DNA of 64,000 bases from Raillietiella orientalis (taxonomy: Eukaryota). The stretch covers positions 2,790,001 through 2,854,000 of the forward strand of contig JAYWIR010000009.1 of NCBI GenBank assembly GCA_036172245.1, written 5' to 3'. The notes under the pieces are model-generated. The model ran no database searches. It worked only from the letters and a program-made list of their open reading frames with translations, and was not told the DNA's origin. Each line of letters starts with the position of its first letter. Within the stretch, counting starts at the first letter, position 1. Positions 12,100-25,140 of the stretch are shown piece by piece. A program made the position numbers and the translations under genes.

Positions 12100-14197
12100 T
12101 CTCGTCTCCAGACAACAAACAGCTGTGTTCTACTTCTTGAGAGTGATTCACCTGCGGAGTGTACGCAGCTCCAAGCAACGTTGGGATTTTCGACATTATC
12201 GCAGCAAAGCCAGGAAGTCATTTTCAAGAAAGATGAACATTTCGTTTTCGTCAGATAGCATCTTCCTGTGGAGGATGCGAGATCACATGAAGTGATACGA
12301 GGTAGGGATTTCTGACATCTTCCATGGTTTCCTCGATCTGTTCGGTGAAGCCCTGGACGGTCCAGGCCGAGGCACGACTGCTTCTGGCTGGGATGGAAGC
12401 ACCGCAAGGAGGCTTCATCACCATGGCTCGAAAGCTCGCTCATCCTCTCAGCATCCTGGAAGGCTTTTCCGTTAGACCAAGGGTCTGCTCCATGAACGGT
12501 TGGAGTTTCACGGGGCCAAGTGCTGGCAATCTAGAGACTCGACTTTGCGGCTCCGAGCTGGGTCGCTCCGGGGAACTCCCTAGCAGGTGATTGTAGCGAA
12601 GGATCGACTTGTTTAGGTACTGAACCGCAACCCACCATCTTCCTCCCATGAGGATCACTCTGCGAATGTGGGAGGAACACGCGAGATCCTCAGTTGCCAA
12701 CAGCAGCGACGTTCAGTGATCACATCTGGGCCTTTGAGAACGTTCAGACCGTGGTGTAAGCAGGATGGCGGTCTGAGAGGTGTTCCCTGTTAAGAAGCCT
12801 AGCAATCGACCCATGGGGGCGCGAGGGTCTGGCCGTGGCCGCATATCTCGGCAGTCTGTATTTGGAGGTCGCGCGGATAGGGAGACTTCATGCTCGCGGG
12901 ATGAAGCTCTGATTGGAGAAACTGGATCTCTTAGTGCTCGGTGGTTCTTGAGCTTTTGGTTCCTTTCAGGAAGAAGCATGGAGCAGTTGGGTTAACTCCC
13001 AGGTCGTCGCCTGAGAACTTGCATCGATGGACAGGAATTTTCGGAGAGGGCTCAACGCTCAAGGCGCCGGAGAGGCACCAGCAAATTCACCGGCGACAGC
13101 TGATGACCAGGATCTCTCGCACCCGCTGCAACCTGATGAAGAATGGTGATGGGAAGACCCTATGTTTCGCCCTATCTTTGAACCCTGGTTCAAAACAGCA
13201 GCTTTTTCTGATCCGTGGGTTCGAATCGCGCAGCTGCCAAATTCCTTTAGCCACAAGGGCAAGCGACGACAGCTGGCAGCCGGCGAGGCGGGAGCCTTCC
13301 TGCACCATCGTGGGAAAGACGAAACTCCTTGGGGCTGGAAGACGCGCGAGCTGGCGGATGCTGCCACTCCGTGTATCCAGGCGAAAAGATTCCTCGAAGG
13401 AAGTGCCTCCCCTGAAAAACTCGTGATACCTCCCTTCTGCTTGGAGCCTTCTGCCTTCCGGCTGTCTTGGAAGCAGACAGTGATGCTCTTACTGCACTGC
13501 GGAGGACTCCAGTGCAACTAGCGCCGGCACCTCCTCGTCTCCTGGGGAGGTTGCATCCCCAAGCTGTAGCTACAGGTGCAGGTCGGTGGGGGTTTCCTCT
13601 GCACCTGGTTTCCGACTGCATTACCCTCCGGGAACGTTGGCGGAGGCTGCACCAGCAGGAGACCGCCCGCGAGCGGGAACTCTTTTTGCACGACGGACTC
13701 TCGACAGACTCAGTGGTCGCAACGATGGGCGGTTGTGTCTGAGGCATCTCCACGGCCCTCCATGTGCCCAATGCGCCGACGCAGTGAAGGGAGGTCATCA
13801 TCATGACCGCTGCTTACATGAGGGCAGTGGCAAGGAGGCCTCACCTCGATGAAGGAGATCACCGGCATCCAGTGCCGGTTTTGAAGTGAGTGAATGGCCG
13901 ACGCCGGCGACCTTTGTTCCCGGTCTCCCTTTATTTTCTTTCGTTTTTGTCTCCATTTCCCACTCCTTTTCGCTCTGGACTTTTCCCGGTGCCTACGGAG
14001 CGACACCCAAGACCCTTGCTGCATCCCACTCGTATTTCCACGTTTTTCTGTTGTCCCCTCCATCCCGTTCCGGACTTTTGGAGATCCCGACCTGCGTGTC
14101 AGTGGACCATCTCCTTCAACTTCCCTCATTTTCGGCTGGCAACTGTGTTCCCAACTGGTTTGTTTTCATGAAATAGACGCTCAGGCGTGACCGGGTG
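12100..14197 (+). mobile_element. 5'-truncated LINE, subfamily A3 (RT C-part, zf-RVT, 3' end)
   Basis: WKTRELADAATP, LLLHCGGLQCN*RRH, PLHLVSDC; terminal motif at 14172-14197. Confidence 0.75.
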
Positions 14198-14540
14198 ATG
14201 AGGAAGTTCAAAAATCTTGGAATCCCGACGCATCTCTCCGGGCACACGACGCGGCAGGTGAACACGAAACATTCCGATGCAGCGAATCCAAGTGTTGGGT
14301 GTTTGCCCCTCCGCCCCGGGTGGAGCAGGAGCGAATTCTCACTCAGGGGCCCGGAGGTTCCGCATCTCGAAGAATGGCTCCTTGGTCCTTCATTCCGGAT
14401 CTCATCTTTTTCCCCTGCTTTCCTCGTTTTCTTGCCGGATAGCCGCGAAAGCACGGCGCGGATGCAGTTGCCACTCACCTGGAAACCGTTAGATCGTGGC
14501 TGGGGAGATTTCGGGGCGGTGCTGTTGGCGGTAATGTGAC
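14198..14540 (+). mobile_element. RT subdomain-7/thumb fragment
   Basis: FKNLGIP (~FKYLGIP). Confidence 0.4.
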
Positions 14541-15159
14541 GCGCAGGAACCAGTAACTTCTCCAAGGAAACTTGATCTACTTTTCGCTTCAATCTGATAT
14601 CGATCCAGCAATTCATCTACGTATCTCCCTCTCTCTCTCCTCCTGTTTTTTTTTTTTTTTCTTTCTTTCTTTCCATTCTTTTTTGGTATGCATCCCTCAC
14701 GAATTGCTTTTGCTGAAGTTTCAACAGAAGTAATCCGTCTGGGTAGTAATTATGAGTAAACTTCCCTTGGAATTATTGGAATTCAAATAAAATTCCCCTG
14801 TTCTACAAGTGGCGGGCCAAGTTTCATGAGCTCTTTAAGACCTTTTTACACGCACTGTCATGGATCCGGGACCCGAGAGGACGACGGGCGCGCACAGCTG
14901 AGGATTAAGCATCCGTCTGCTTCTACGCATACTTTATTGCCCGCATATGGCAAGCGCTCCGCGCCGTATGCTCGCCCGCCCCGCGCATGCGCATCCAGGA
15001 AGCACGTAATTCAATCAGAGGGCGCGCCGACTTGATTTTCTGGCTTCACGGGAAGCGAGTCGAGAAGACCCCTCTCTCCCTGTCCCTTCAAGAATGGAGC
15101 CAGAACTTTCGCGTTGGCCGAAAAGCAGGGGACAAAACACACACACACAAAAAAAAAAA

Positions 15160-15460
15160 GGCGTGCCACGTTCCCAGGGCGGATCCACTCGTCCCGACGG
15201 AGCAGGAATCGGGACTTCCGTGTTGCTGTCGCGTGCCTTGCAGTGCTTCTTCGGTCTCGTTCCAGCAGGACCCACGGCCTGCTCGGAATGCGAGAGAGCC
15301 GCAAAAGCGCGTGTTTGCTTCACGTCCAAGTTCTTGACCGCTGAGCTTTCGAATGACCACTGTACCGTGCAAGTCCACGAAGATCCTCAAAAATCTTTCA
15401 GTCGCTGCGACCAGCATGGAACTTTCTCCAGAGTCTCGGCGAGAGCGGCTGCACCTGCAA
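15160..15460 (+). pseudogene. RNase HI-like domain remnant (N-terminal two-thirds)
   Basis: SQGGSTRPDGAGIG (~TDGS..AGxG), PTACSECERAA (~TNNRAELxA), VQVHEDPQ (~VxIxTDSQ). Confidence 0.55.
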
Positions 15461-15470
15461 GTCATCATCG

Positions 15471-15912
15471 GATGGTGCAATCACGTGAAAATTCGTGCCC
15501 GTTCCTTTTCTCCCACCGGGGGGATTCCAGTAGTCCGAGAGGGAGCATCGCTTTCCTCAGGAAGGGGCCAATATTGGAAGAGGCCACGGCGGGTCTTTGG
15601 CAAAGCACACGTGGTCGCTATCCCTCTGCCAGAAGGCTTCCTCGAAAGGATCGTGGAAGAGATGTGTGGGAGGGTTCACCTTCGTTCGAGGTGATTTTCG
15701 GAGGGTATCCTCAAGAGAGCGACCGAACCGCCGGCTGCTTCCTCTCGTCCGGCACCGTAAGAGAGGAATTCGCAACCTGAAAAGAAAAGGAACTCTTCTT
15801 GTTCTCGGGCATCCTCAAAGAAGACCAGGAACGTCTCCGCTACCTTTCCAGCCCCCCTCAGCGCACGGGGACCAGTTCGAAAGCGTGGCAAGCTCCCAAT
15901 AAAGACTGCCTT
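15471..15912 (+). repeat. Left arm of a 442-bp near-perfect inverted duplication (APE endonuclease fragment)
   Basis: Reverse complement of 16520-16961; one mismatch noticed near 15894. Confidence 0.95.
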
Positions 15913-16099
15913 CCTTGTGCAGGAGGTAGCGTCAGCAGCAGCAGCTGCTCCAGCGGGAAACTGAGCATTACCTCAAAGGGGCCCCCCATCTCATGAACGT
16001 GCAGAGCCCCGCGGCGTTCCGGAACGAGTGGCCTGGTATAGCTGACGGGCGTAGCCCTGGTAGCTGCAGGGGTCGCTGCAAGTAGACGAACGTGATGCT

Positions 16100-17600
16100 C
16101 ACCTCTCGTCGCATCTTCTAACACGAAAGCAGGTCGACTTGTGCCATCTGCCATGCTTCCGAGGATGCTGCAGTAGGATAAAAACAGGAGCGGGACCTTT
16201 CTGTTCTCGTAGGGGCTGTTCGGCAGGCCCTCCAGGAAATCACCTGTGACGGACCTCGGCTTGATGTCCATCACCAAAATAAGCGAGCAGTCTGGAGACT
16301 CTCTTCTTATCACTGTGGTGACATGGAAGTGGGAGCCGTGGAAAATCGAGCCCATCCTTGGGAATTTTCATTCCCGAGAGGAATCCGCGGTTTCTTTGGA
16401 CCTTTCGAAATGGGAAGCAGTCCGGTGGTGGAGCGACCTCGGGCCAAGAAGAGAGGATTGTCGGCGAAATGAAAGTCTGTTTCGTCTTCGCAGATTCGAC
16501 TTTCCCGTGATTGGATGCAAAGGCAGTCTTTATTGGGGGCTTGCCACGCTTTCGAACTGGTCCCCGTGCGCTGAGGGGGGCTGGAAAGGTAGCGGAGACG
16601 TTCCTGGTCTTCTTTGAGGATGCCCGAGAACAAGAAGAGTTCCTTTTCTTTTCAGGTTGCGAATTCCTCTCTTACGGTGCCGGACGAGAGGAAGCAGCCG
16701 GCGGTTCGGTCGCTCTCTTGAGGATACCCTCCGAAAATCACCTCGAACGAAGGTGAACCCTCCCACACATCTCTTCCACGATCCTTTCGAGGAAGCCTTC
16801 TGGCAGAGGGATAGCGACCACGTGTGCTTTGCCAAAGACCCGCCGTGGCCTCTTCCAATATTGGCCCCTTCCTGAGGAAAGCGATGCTCCCTCTCGGACT
16901 ACTGGAATCCCCCCGGTGGGAGAAAAGGAACGGGCACGAATTTTCACGTGATTGCACCATCACAGCGCGCTCTTCCAGAGGGACCGCGGGCGGAGAGACA
17001 TGTGACGGTCACTTCGAGGTCCACAGGCGCATGTGGACTTGATCGCATCCTCGGAAGATCGACTCTCCAGCGTCCAATGGTCGATTCTTGAGGGACCCCC
17101 GTACCATGCAGGAGACACGAGAGAGCGCGAACCGGCTGGACGCCCTTTTCCCGCTCAGGTGGTTTGGTCCCCGAAGTGGACTTGCTTCCAGCTTCCAGGG
17201 ATGCTATCAAAACAAGGAGCAGGTCCGGGGTCCCGCCTCCGTTTCAGGGGCGCACGCCCTTCCGCCCTGCCCACCAGGGTTTCTCCTTGTTGGCGCGCCC
17301 CTGGCGAAACGACGCTTCAGTGTCGGTCAGGCACACCGGCGGAGGTGACAAGGAGAGCTTCGTTCTAGAGGATCCTTGCAGGAGCGGATTCCATGCGCCT
17401 TCCTCCAGGCATCTTGAAGAGACGCGGAAGAACCAGAGTGCCAGAGCAGAAGATTCCAAGCGCCTCGCAAGGAGAGAGGCGATCCTCTCGGGGTGTCCCG
17501 ACATCCCTGCGTCCTCTCTTTCCGATCGCTCCCAACAGCCTCCTTCTCTCCCCAATTTGCTCCCTTCCTCCTATCTTTTCAGAGGAAGGCCATCATTCTG
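16100..17600 (-). mobile_element. Decayed LINE: probable ORF1 tail and APE endonuclease
   Basis: HVVAIPL..GRVHL (~GVAIL..GR), GGYPQ (~xYAP), LLVLGH (~LGDFN), ESRI (~SRID). Confidence 0.5.
16520..16961 (-). repeat. Right arm of the 442-bp inverted duplication
   Basis: Reverse complement of 15471-15912. Confidence 0.95.
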
Positions 17601-18280
17601 CGACCGCGGAGAATGATCAGCGCATTAAGCGGTTCCCGAAGCGGTCCCATTCCTGATTGCTAATTCTTCCCTAAACTCCTTGGAGCCGAATGGACTCGAA
17701 ACGAATTTTCCTTCTCCTTCCCGTGAGTTCATCATCCTCAGAGGAGAGCCCTTCCATCATGTCTGGACTCTCATCCCGCAGATCCTCTTGATTCATCAAA
17801 AGAAGAGCGTTCCTTTATTTGGATCGCTCCCTCAAGAAACGCCGATAATTTGGAGTAAGTGCTCATTGATTGACTTTGGGTTTGCCCTCCGCTGCTTTTC
17901 ACATTCGCCTCACGCAAGCTAGAAAAAGAAGAAAGCATCTTTGGTGAATTTCAAAAAAAAGTAGAAGAAAATTTTTCTCGGATTATACATTTTTTTTTTT
18001 TTTCGTGTGAGCGTCTGTGTGTTTCTCTTCCTGGTGCTCCTGATACGTCTTCCGGTGTCAGGAGGCCTCACGTCACTGGAGGACATCATCAGACACTTTG
18101 CGTCATCATCAGCCCATGAGATCATTCTTTCCGCTGACGGCTTCGAGTTCCAATTTTCCTTGGATTCCCTTCGACGGCTTCATCTTCTATCCGCAAGCAC
18201 TGTCGATCGGGAGGACGAACTGACTAACAGCAACGTAGCTCCAGCAGAAACGACCATCTTCCCCACCAGCAGCCAGGCAT

Positions 18281-19280
18281 TCACCTGGGCAAACCGAACA
18301 CCCGCCGAGTACCACTGCAGCTGCAAAATCTGGGAGGCTCGCCGGGACAGCTCGAGGCGAGCAGGACGAGGACGTGCAACGATGCTGACCGGAATTCTTC
18401 GCAGGTGGAAGAAACGTCCATCCGCGCAAGGCAGCAGCAAGGGACCGCCGCTTCCCTCTTCGTCAGCGGGTGTTTCCGTAGCAACGGCATCCTCGGGAAA
18501 AGAAGTAGGCGTCGCAGCCGCCACGGCAAATCACACACCTGCCGGCAAAAAAGCTGCCAGAAGCCAGGGAAGGTCATCTTCGCGAGGAAAGCCTGGAAGG
18601 TGGCACCTGGGTTTGAGGAGCCCCCGCGCGATGACACGGCAGCACTTCGGGAGTACCACGAAGCGACCATGCGATGCAGCCAGCCAGCCAGCCAGCTTTC
18701 CCGGCATCGCCTGCTCCAACTCTGGAGAGACACAGGACGAGGGAGGACCGAGACCAAGGCTATCGTTGCCGAAGATCAGAGGTCATCCAACTGCGCCACC
18801 GCCCAAGCCTCAGCCTGTTCATCCCTCAGCTCTGCAGCTGAACCTCAGCCCGGCTTCATCTTCTTCCTCTTCGCAACGAGGTTCTTCTGCGCTTCTGCCG
18901 TTCACGACGCCCGAGGCAGAGCCCCTGCGGCGGAGCTGCGGAACGAGAGGGGCCATCTCACCCGGCCGCGCATCGACTTTCCTCGAGTTCCCGGAGAAAA
19001 CTCCCCGATTCAGCGCGCTTCCCGATCGACGCTTCCGTCCCTGGCCGCCTTCGCCGTGCACCGCGCGCCCTCTCGCAACGGCGACCGAGGTCACCGCGCC
19101 TCCGCGAGCGCGGCGAGCGCCGAGAGATGCGCGTTCGGGACGCTGCAGCGGGCGGGTGCCCGCGTCCCAGCTGCCCGAGGACGCACCCCTCAGGACGTGC
19201 TCGGAAGCAGGCCACACCCCTCGCGGCTCACCGAGACCCCTTCCTCGCTGGCCACTCTCCCTCCGCCACGTGCACACGCT

Positions 19281-19313
<33 letters not shown>

Positions 19314-20202
19314 TGATCTCCTGACCGGAACGAGGGGCGTGACCGCCGTCCGAGGGAGCGCGTCGCCGCCTTCCTCGAGCGAGGTCCGCCGGAAGGGGCA
19401 GAGCCGGAAGGGGAACGCGGAAGTGGCGGGGTCAGGACGATCGCGGGCTGACCGGGTCGCCTCCACATCACCGGCGCTCCGTGTCTTCCGCTGTCCCCTT
19501 CGCCCGCCTCAGGAGAACCGACGCCACCTCCCGATCGGTCCACAGCCCTCGTTTGCTCACGCGTCGTCTCTCTTCAGAGGTCCCGCCGCCAGCGAGAAGG
19601 TTCACTTGGCGGCTGGTGGTCCTTTTTCCAGCGACGTCCAGGGCCCCTGGACTCGGTCTCGCAGATGCCTGACCCTTTATTCTTGCACAGCCCGAACCGC
19701 GGTCCGGGTCGGCTGCAACAGCTGGAGATTCGATTCGCCAGTCGTCGATCCAGCAAAGCCGCAGAGCGCGGCCATCTTGGGTCCTGCGTCCTCCAATCCC
19801 AGCGTGCCGGGTACGAAACCCGACGCGGATGCCGAAGGCGCGGGTGCGCACGGGTTCGGGCGTCTGAGGCAGGGCAGCGGAGTGGACAAGGCTGCGGAAA
19901 CTGGACTTCGCGCTCGTGGAGGCGGGGTCGGACCTCAGCAGCGACCTTCGCACCAAGTGCCCCAGCGGAGCGTTTTCCTTCGCTCTTGTTGGCGGGGGCT
20001 GTTCCCCAGGAACGCTCAGGAAGATGGATCGGACCTTGGTAAGGAGCTCTTCCCCGAGCGACCAGATTCCGACTGCTTTTCACGTGTCTCCAGCCGGGTG
20101 CTGAGAATTAGCTGGGTGCATCCTTTCCTCCCCATTCTCCTCCTTCTCCCTTTCCTCCTTCTCTTCTCCTTCCTCCCTCCCTGTTCTCCCCCTCCTCTCC
20201 TT
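18281..20202 (+). repeat. Left arm of a 1922-bp near-perfect inverted duplication (RNH C-end, ORF1 remnant, (CAG)10)
   Basis: Reverse complement of 35966-37887; identical ORF translations; one mismatch noticed near 20117. Confidence 0.95.
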
Positions 20203-20809
20203 CCCTTCCTCTCCTTCCTCCCCTCCTTCCTTTCATCTTGAGAGATGTGGAAACTAAACTTAGCGCTCGGCGAAGTGAGGTCGGACCTCAGTAGCGACCA
20301 CTACCCAAGTACCCCGAGCGGGGATTGTTCTTCGAATCGTCTTGGCGTCTGCATCTTCGGTTGTCGTCGTCTTCATTTTCTTTAGTCGCTCCGAACAGGC
20401 GGCAGCATGCTGGGGTGAGGAAGGCTACGTGAGGCGGGTGGGTTTCTCTCGAGGGTGAGTGCTGGAGAGCCTTCCGGCTTCCGGTTCAACCTCTTTGACG
20501 AACGCTCTTTTCTTGAGCACCGATGGTGCTCTTCGTCGGGTGGCTCCCGCTTGTGGGATACGCGGCAGCGATAAGGGGAGGCCATCCGGCAGCCGGGATG
20601 CATCTGCTGGATCCGGCACTCCGATAGCCTTCCAGTCATCCGCAACGTTCCATTTGCGAGGAAGAATGTTTGAAACACGTCATCCTGCTTGGATCTTTCC
20701 ATTCTTTAACGAGCTTTGTGTGCAGCTTGTTTTTTTTTTTTGTTATTGTTGCTCCTTCCAGAGCTTGGATGCTCTCGCATCGTTTCGGCTCCTTCTCTCT
20801 CATCAACCG

Positions 20810-20990
20810 AGCATTCTGCATCAGTAACGAGGGGAGTGCTGTGCATTCGTCGAAAGAGCGCGCGGGGTGCATCGTTCCTCTCCGCTCCTGACCCGGTTGT
20901 CGAGAGCCGCTGACAGCGTGGGGCTCCCAACTTTCAAAGGCCTTCTGATGGAGCACGATGTGGGGCTGTGACCCGTTATGTGCCACCTCG
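20810..20990 (+). pseudogene. RNase HI-like N-terminal remnant
   Basis: CISNEGSAV..ERAGCIV (~YTDGS..RAGxGV). Confidence 0.4.
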
Positions 20991-21249
20991 CAAATCTCCA
21001 CAGTGGCAGCAGGTTTTTTGGCTTTCCTCTTCCTGCTGAGATTCCTTTTCTTTGCAGCCTTGCCATACAGAGGGTTCCTTTCTTTTTAGGGAAGGGAAGG
21101 GGAGGGGGGGCGACGTGTGTGGATGTCATCTGTACATCGCATGCCATGTATAGTCTTGGCAACGATTCTTTCCTGCTTTTCTGTGATTCCTGCTCCCTTT
21201 TTTTTTTTTTTTGCACGAAGACGCGTGCTTCAGCGTTCCTGTGTCACAG

Positions 21250-22250
21250 CAGCAGCCCTTCCTTCCTACGAAGATTTCCGCCTCCAGCCGGAAACCGAGG
21301 CGGTCTTTGAGCTTCCTTTGGCAGTCTTGTGACCTTCGTAGGGGACAGGCGAGTGGTCGCGAGGTGTTCGCTCTCGTCTGGCCGCTTCGTCTCCGAGGTT
21401 TCGTGGCCAGGCATTCCTCCACAGAGGCTCACCTGCCTTCTCGACGCGCATCCAGGAGTCCCGGCAGTCGGAATTCGGTCCGAACCCGGAGAACTCATGG
21501 GCACCTTCGCCGTGCTTCGGCTTCGGGAACAGAAAGCGCTGGAGTCCTCGACACGTGAGGGAGGATTCCATAAATTAGATCTGGCGGGAAGGAGACCAAC
21601 CGGCAAGATCAGGGACGGGAAAGAATATCTCCCGGATAAGCTCGACGGAGTTTCCCGGAGGAACCACCGTGATCCCACGGCAGACTGGTCATCCCTTTCT
21701 TCTCACGTCTGCTCTCCCCCCCATTCCCCTACTCCTCGGACGACTGGGTCAGCCTTAGTCATCAAGACAACCGCAAGGAAAGCGTGCCAGGAATAAAATC
21801 AACATGTGAAGGTGTGAGCGTGGATCGCTAGGGATACCACGTGGATCTCGAAGCAGACGGAAGGCCGTTGGCATAAGGAGAGGATGTCCGGGAAACTGGG
21901 ATGCCGGAAAAAGGCGATTTTGCCCAGGGTTTAGCTCATCCGGGAGTAGCGACACCGTGACGGAAGACCTCGGGCGATCTCGAAGGATGGGACTACTTCG
22001 CGGAGCAATCTGGCTCTTCGTGAACCTTCTGCAGGAACCGCCCTCTGACCTGACGGCCGACGAGGGTGCGGCAGGATGGAGGGAGCCCAATGGAGCAGGA
22101 GCGCATCTTGTCAAAGACCGCGGGCGCTTCCACGGCTGCTCGGGTTTTCCTCCCTCCCTTGGATTCCTACTCCCGACTGCTTCCGCGCATGCGCCGTTTG
22201 GTGGCACCAGAGTCAGATGATTCATCTCGGGGCAAGCGCGTTGCCTCAGT
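21250..22250 (-). mobile_element. Decayed LINE ORF2, EN-RT linker and start of RT
   Basis: KVPMSSPGSDRIP (~KSPGPDGIP). Confidence 0.45.
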
Positions 22251-22589
22251 TCGACCCTGAGAACAAAAAAAAGATGAAAAAAAGAAATGCAGAGCAGGAA
22301 GGAATTCGCATCTCTCACTTTCATCCGGAGAGAAATTAACGGTTGCGGGAAGAAAGGATGGATTAATGAACTAGGACGGGATAGTAACTCAATAAGGGAA
22401 AAATCTGAGCGCACAAAAAAAAAAAAACCTCCCTTCCTCCGAAAAAGGGGGGCTTCCGGATTAGTTAACGGAGTCTCGAGTCCGAGTCTCTCCGGAAAGT
22501 GGGAGCGTTTCTCAGAGTCCCCACGGTGCTCTCTGGCCCTGCAAGACTGAGATGACCGAGTTCCGGGGACGAGTTTCACCTTACGAGGA

Positions 22590-23010
22590 CCTTTCGTGGA
22601 TGCTGGGGGATTTCTCCACTGCATCGCTCCAGCCTACTGGAGAACCCGTGACCTCCTGCCGAAGCACCCCTGCCCCGAGGCGCCCTGATGTCGAAGTGCA
22701 TGACCAGAAGTCAGCTCGGGAGGACTCGAATGGTTGTCAGAGTGATGCAGAGGGAAGAGACGCTTCCTGCTGCAAGGCCGTTCGCGAGAGGATCCGACTG
22801 TCTCGCCATGATTCAAACTTCTCCGCTTCTGATCTTGCCACCATGAAGGATGGACCACATCACAACGTGGTTCCGGGGGGAAAGTTGTAGCCTGTGGGCG
22901 AACTTGTCAGCGCGGCGCAGTAGGTCCCGTCTTCCCCACGGCAACTCCAGAACCAAAAACCCCTGCTCCATCCTACCCAGCGTCCGAATGAGCTGCACTT
23001 TGCAAGCATC
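22590..23010 (+). pseudogene. RNase HI-like domain remnant
   Basis: FVDAG, RIRLSRHDSNF (~IxTDSxY), HHEGWTTSQRG (~NGWxT), H..RPNE (~GNE). Confidence 0.5.
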
Positions 23011-23842
23011 TTCTTGCGGGCCGGGGTCTCCGCTCTCCAGGAAAAGAAGGGTGGCCCTGGCAGGTCACGGGTTTCCTCTTCCGCTGTTCCGCGTGCGGTC
23101 GACCAGTTCCTCTGTGCTAGTCCCTCTCTGTTCCTCTTTGACCACCTTTCCTGCAAGAGATCAGCCCGCGCTGTGCACCGTGGCTCCCGACAGGAAGTCT
23201 TCCGATCAGAAGAGAAGAGGAGGAGGAGAGGAAGGAAGCACTCAAGGCGGAATGGCTCTCTCATCCTCTGAACATTCTTCAGCACTGGTTTTCAGCAGCT
23301 TCGCATCCGAGGGATGGACTTACCCTTTAACTTTGACAACTAGTGCATCCGGTCAGAGGGCGCATTTTCACGCCCGGTCACTCCAGGGTGTTTCTTGTAC
23401 AAAATATTTACAAAATAAAAAAAAAAACACAAACACACACAAAGAAATTCTTTTTTTCGTGGTGGTTCCACAGCACCTGGTGGTGCTGCCTAGGGGTGAA
23501 CTGAAGCTAATCATGCTGGATCCAACTTTATTTCCGGAACAGGAGTGGCGCAGCAGTGTAGCCGCAGGGACAGATAAAAGAGTTGTTGCACGACTGGGAA
23601 GAGGACAGTCCGCATTCATGATGCTGCTAAAAAATCTTGCCTTTAAAGATCAGCGCCGAGTTCGCTGCTCCCAAGGCGGAAACCACGGTCTTCGTTTCCC
23701 GCGGTGCAACAGTGGAGTCGAAACCAAGCTACGTGTACCTTAGATTGACCAGGAATGACGTCGTGAGACAAATCCGGATGCTGACGGCCCCCTGTTGAGC
23801 CCATGAATATTCCTTGAAGGTCTGCTAAAATGTATTTATTTT

Positions 23843-24790
23843 CACCCGGTCGCTCCGGGGCGTTTATTGGAAAAAAGAACATCTACAAAAAAGCAGTCTT
23901 ATACAAGATAAGAGATGTCTTTGTTCTTCGTAGTGGTTTCACAGGACCACTAGGAAGGGAGACGACTCCTCGGAGGCGCTGCTTTTCATGAGCAGCTCCT
24001 CCGACGAGGTCCCCACAGGAGAGGTGGGGGAAGGGGCAAACAAAAAGGAATGAAAAAAACACGAGGGAGGGAAGGGATTGTAGATTTCTTCCTGGCGGCA
24101 TCCTCAGCATCATATGGAGGATGTTGGCAACTTCCTGCTTTCGTTGGTAAAAGCGTTCTGTCGCCTTCCTCACAAAGGACCAGACGATTGCAATGATGTC
24201 ACCGTCCGGCTGGCCTCTTTCGAAGCGGCTTCTAGCCGCTGCAATCCCGTGAAGGCAGCACGGAGCTGAGAGAGAAGCTGCGGGCAACATGGCGTCGCGT
24301 GCGAAGAGGCGCCTCAAGACCTGTCTTTTTTGACCAGCAGGAGTATCAGGGCTGCAACGGAACGTTTCCGGACATTGAGGAGGTCAACAGCAGCAAATGC
24401 AGGAAGGTTTCATGTTCCTCGCAAGTGGGGCTACACTCCCCCTCGTCCAGTGGTGGAGTCATGCGTTGCATGGAATCGCCCAGTGCAACAACAGCAGTGC
24501 CGAGTCCTGGCACTTCAGGGTAAGCGTGGAGCGGTTCACAAACACTCGGGGTATTTCTATCTTCTTAAGAGGAATGTCCAGGAGCTCAGCCGAGTGAAGA
24601 ATTCCTTTGAAGAGGACGGTGGGAGTGCATGCCACAGACGGTTGACGCGCCTTCTAGCATTCCAGCTGCTGCTTCTTTCCCGCGGTCTCGCAGGATATCT
24701 CCCATCTTGCGAGGCCATCGCTGTTTTCACTCTGCTGGATTGTGTTGAGCGTGGCTGCAAGTGGGATGCTGAGCGCCCAGGAGGTCCTCC
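23843..24790 (-). mobile_element. LINE 3' portion, subfamily A1
   Basis: HWAIPCNA*LHHWT; RRLFARDAMLPAASLSA..EVANILHMMLR; terminal motif at 23843-23868. Confidence 0.85.
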
Positions 24791-24829
24791 CGGTTTTATA
24801 GGGGGCGCGAGCAGCAGCAACGCAGCGTT

Positions 24830-25140
24830 TTTTCCCTTTCATCTGGAGGATGTTGGCAGTTTCCTTTTTTTGTTGGAAAAAACGCGGCTATCCTGCCGCT
24901 TTCCTCGCACAGGAACAATTGCGATGACCTCACCGTTCGACTGACTCTTTGGGCGCGGCTTCTCGCCGCCGCACTCTCACGGAGGCCGCATAGAGCTGGG
25001 AGGGAAGCGGCAGGAGGCATCGTGTCGCCGTTGTCCATCGCGAGTGAGAGCAAAGCGTTCCCGGACAATCAGAAAAGCAACAGCAACAGATGGGGGAAAG
25101 TTTCTCGTTCCCCGTACCCGGCACAGTCCTAAGGTGCACC
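24830..25140 (-). mobile_element. Second A1 C-terminal fragment directly upstream of the preceding copy
   Basis: DTMPPAASLPALCGL..SAAARSRAQR homologous to 780-980(+). Confidence 0.75.

Noticed and set aside
18007..20241. 744-aa ORF (and its 666-aa mirror at 35786-37786) as a real gene
   Set aside because: R/S/P/A/G-rich shadow frame of GC-rich DNA that crosses fragment junctions and low-complexity tracts; the mirror exists only because of the duplication.
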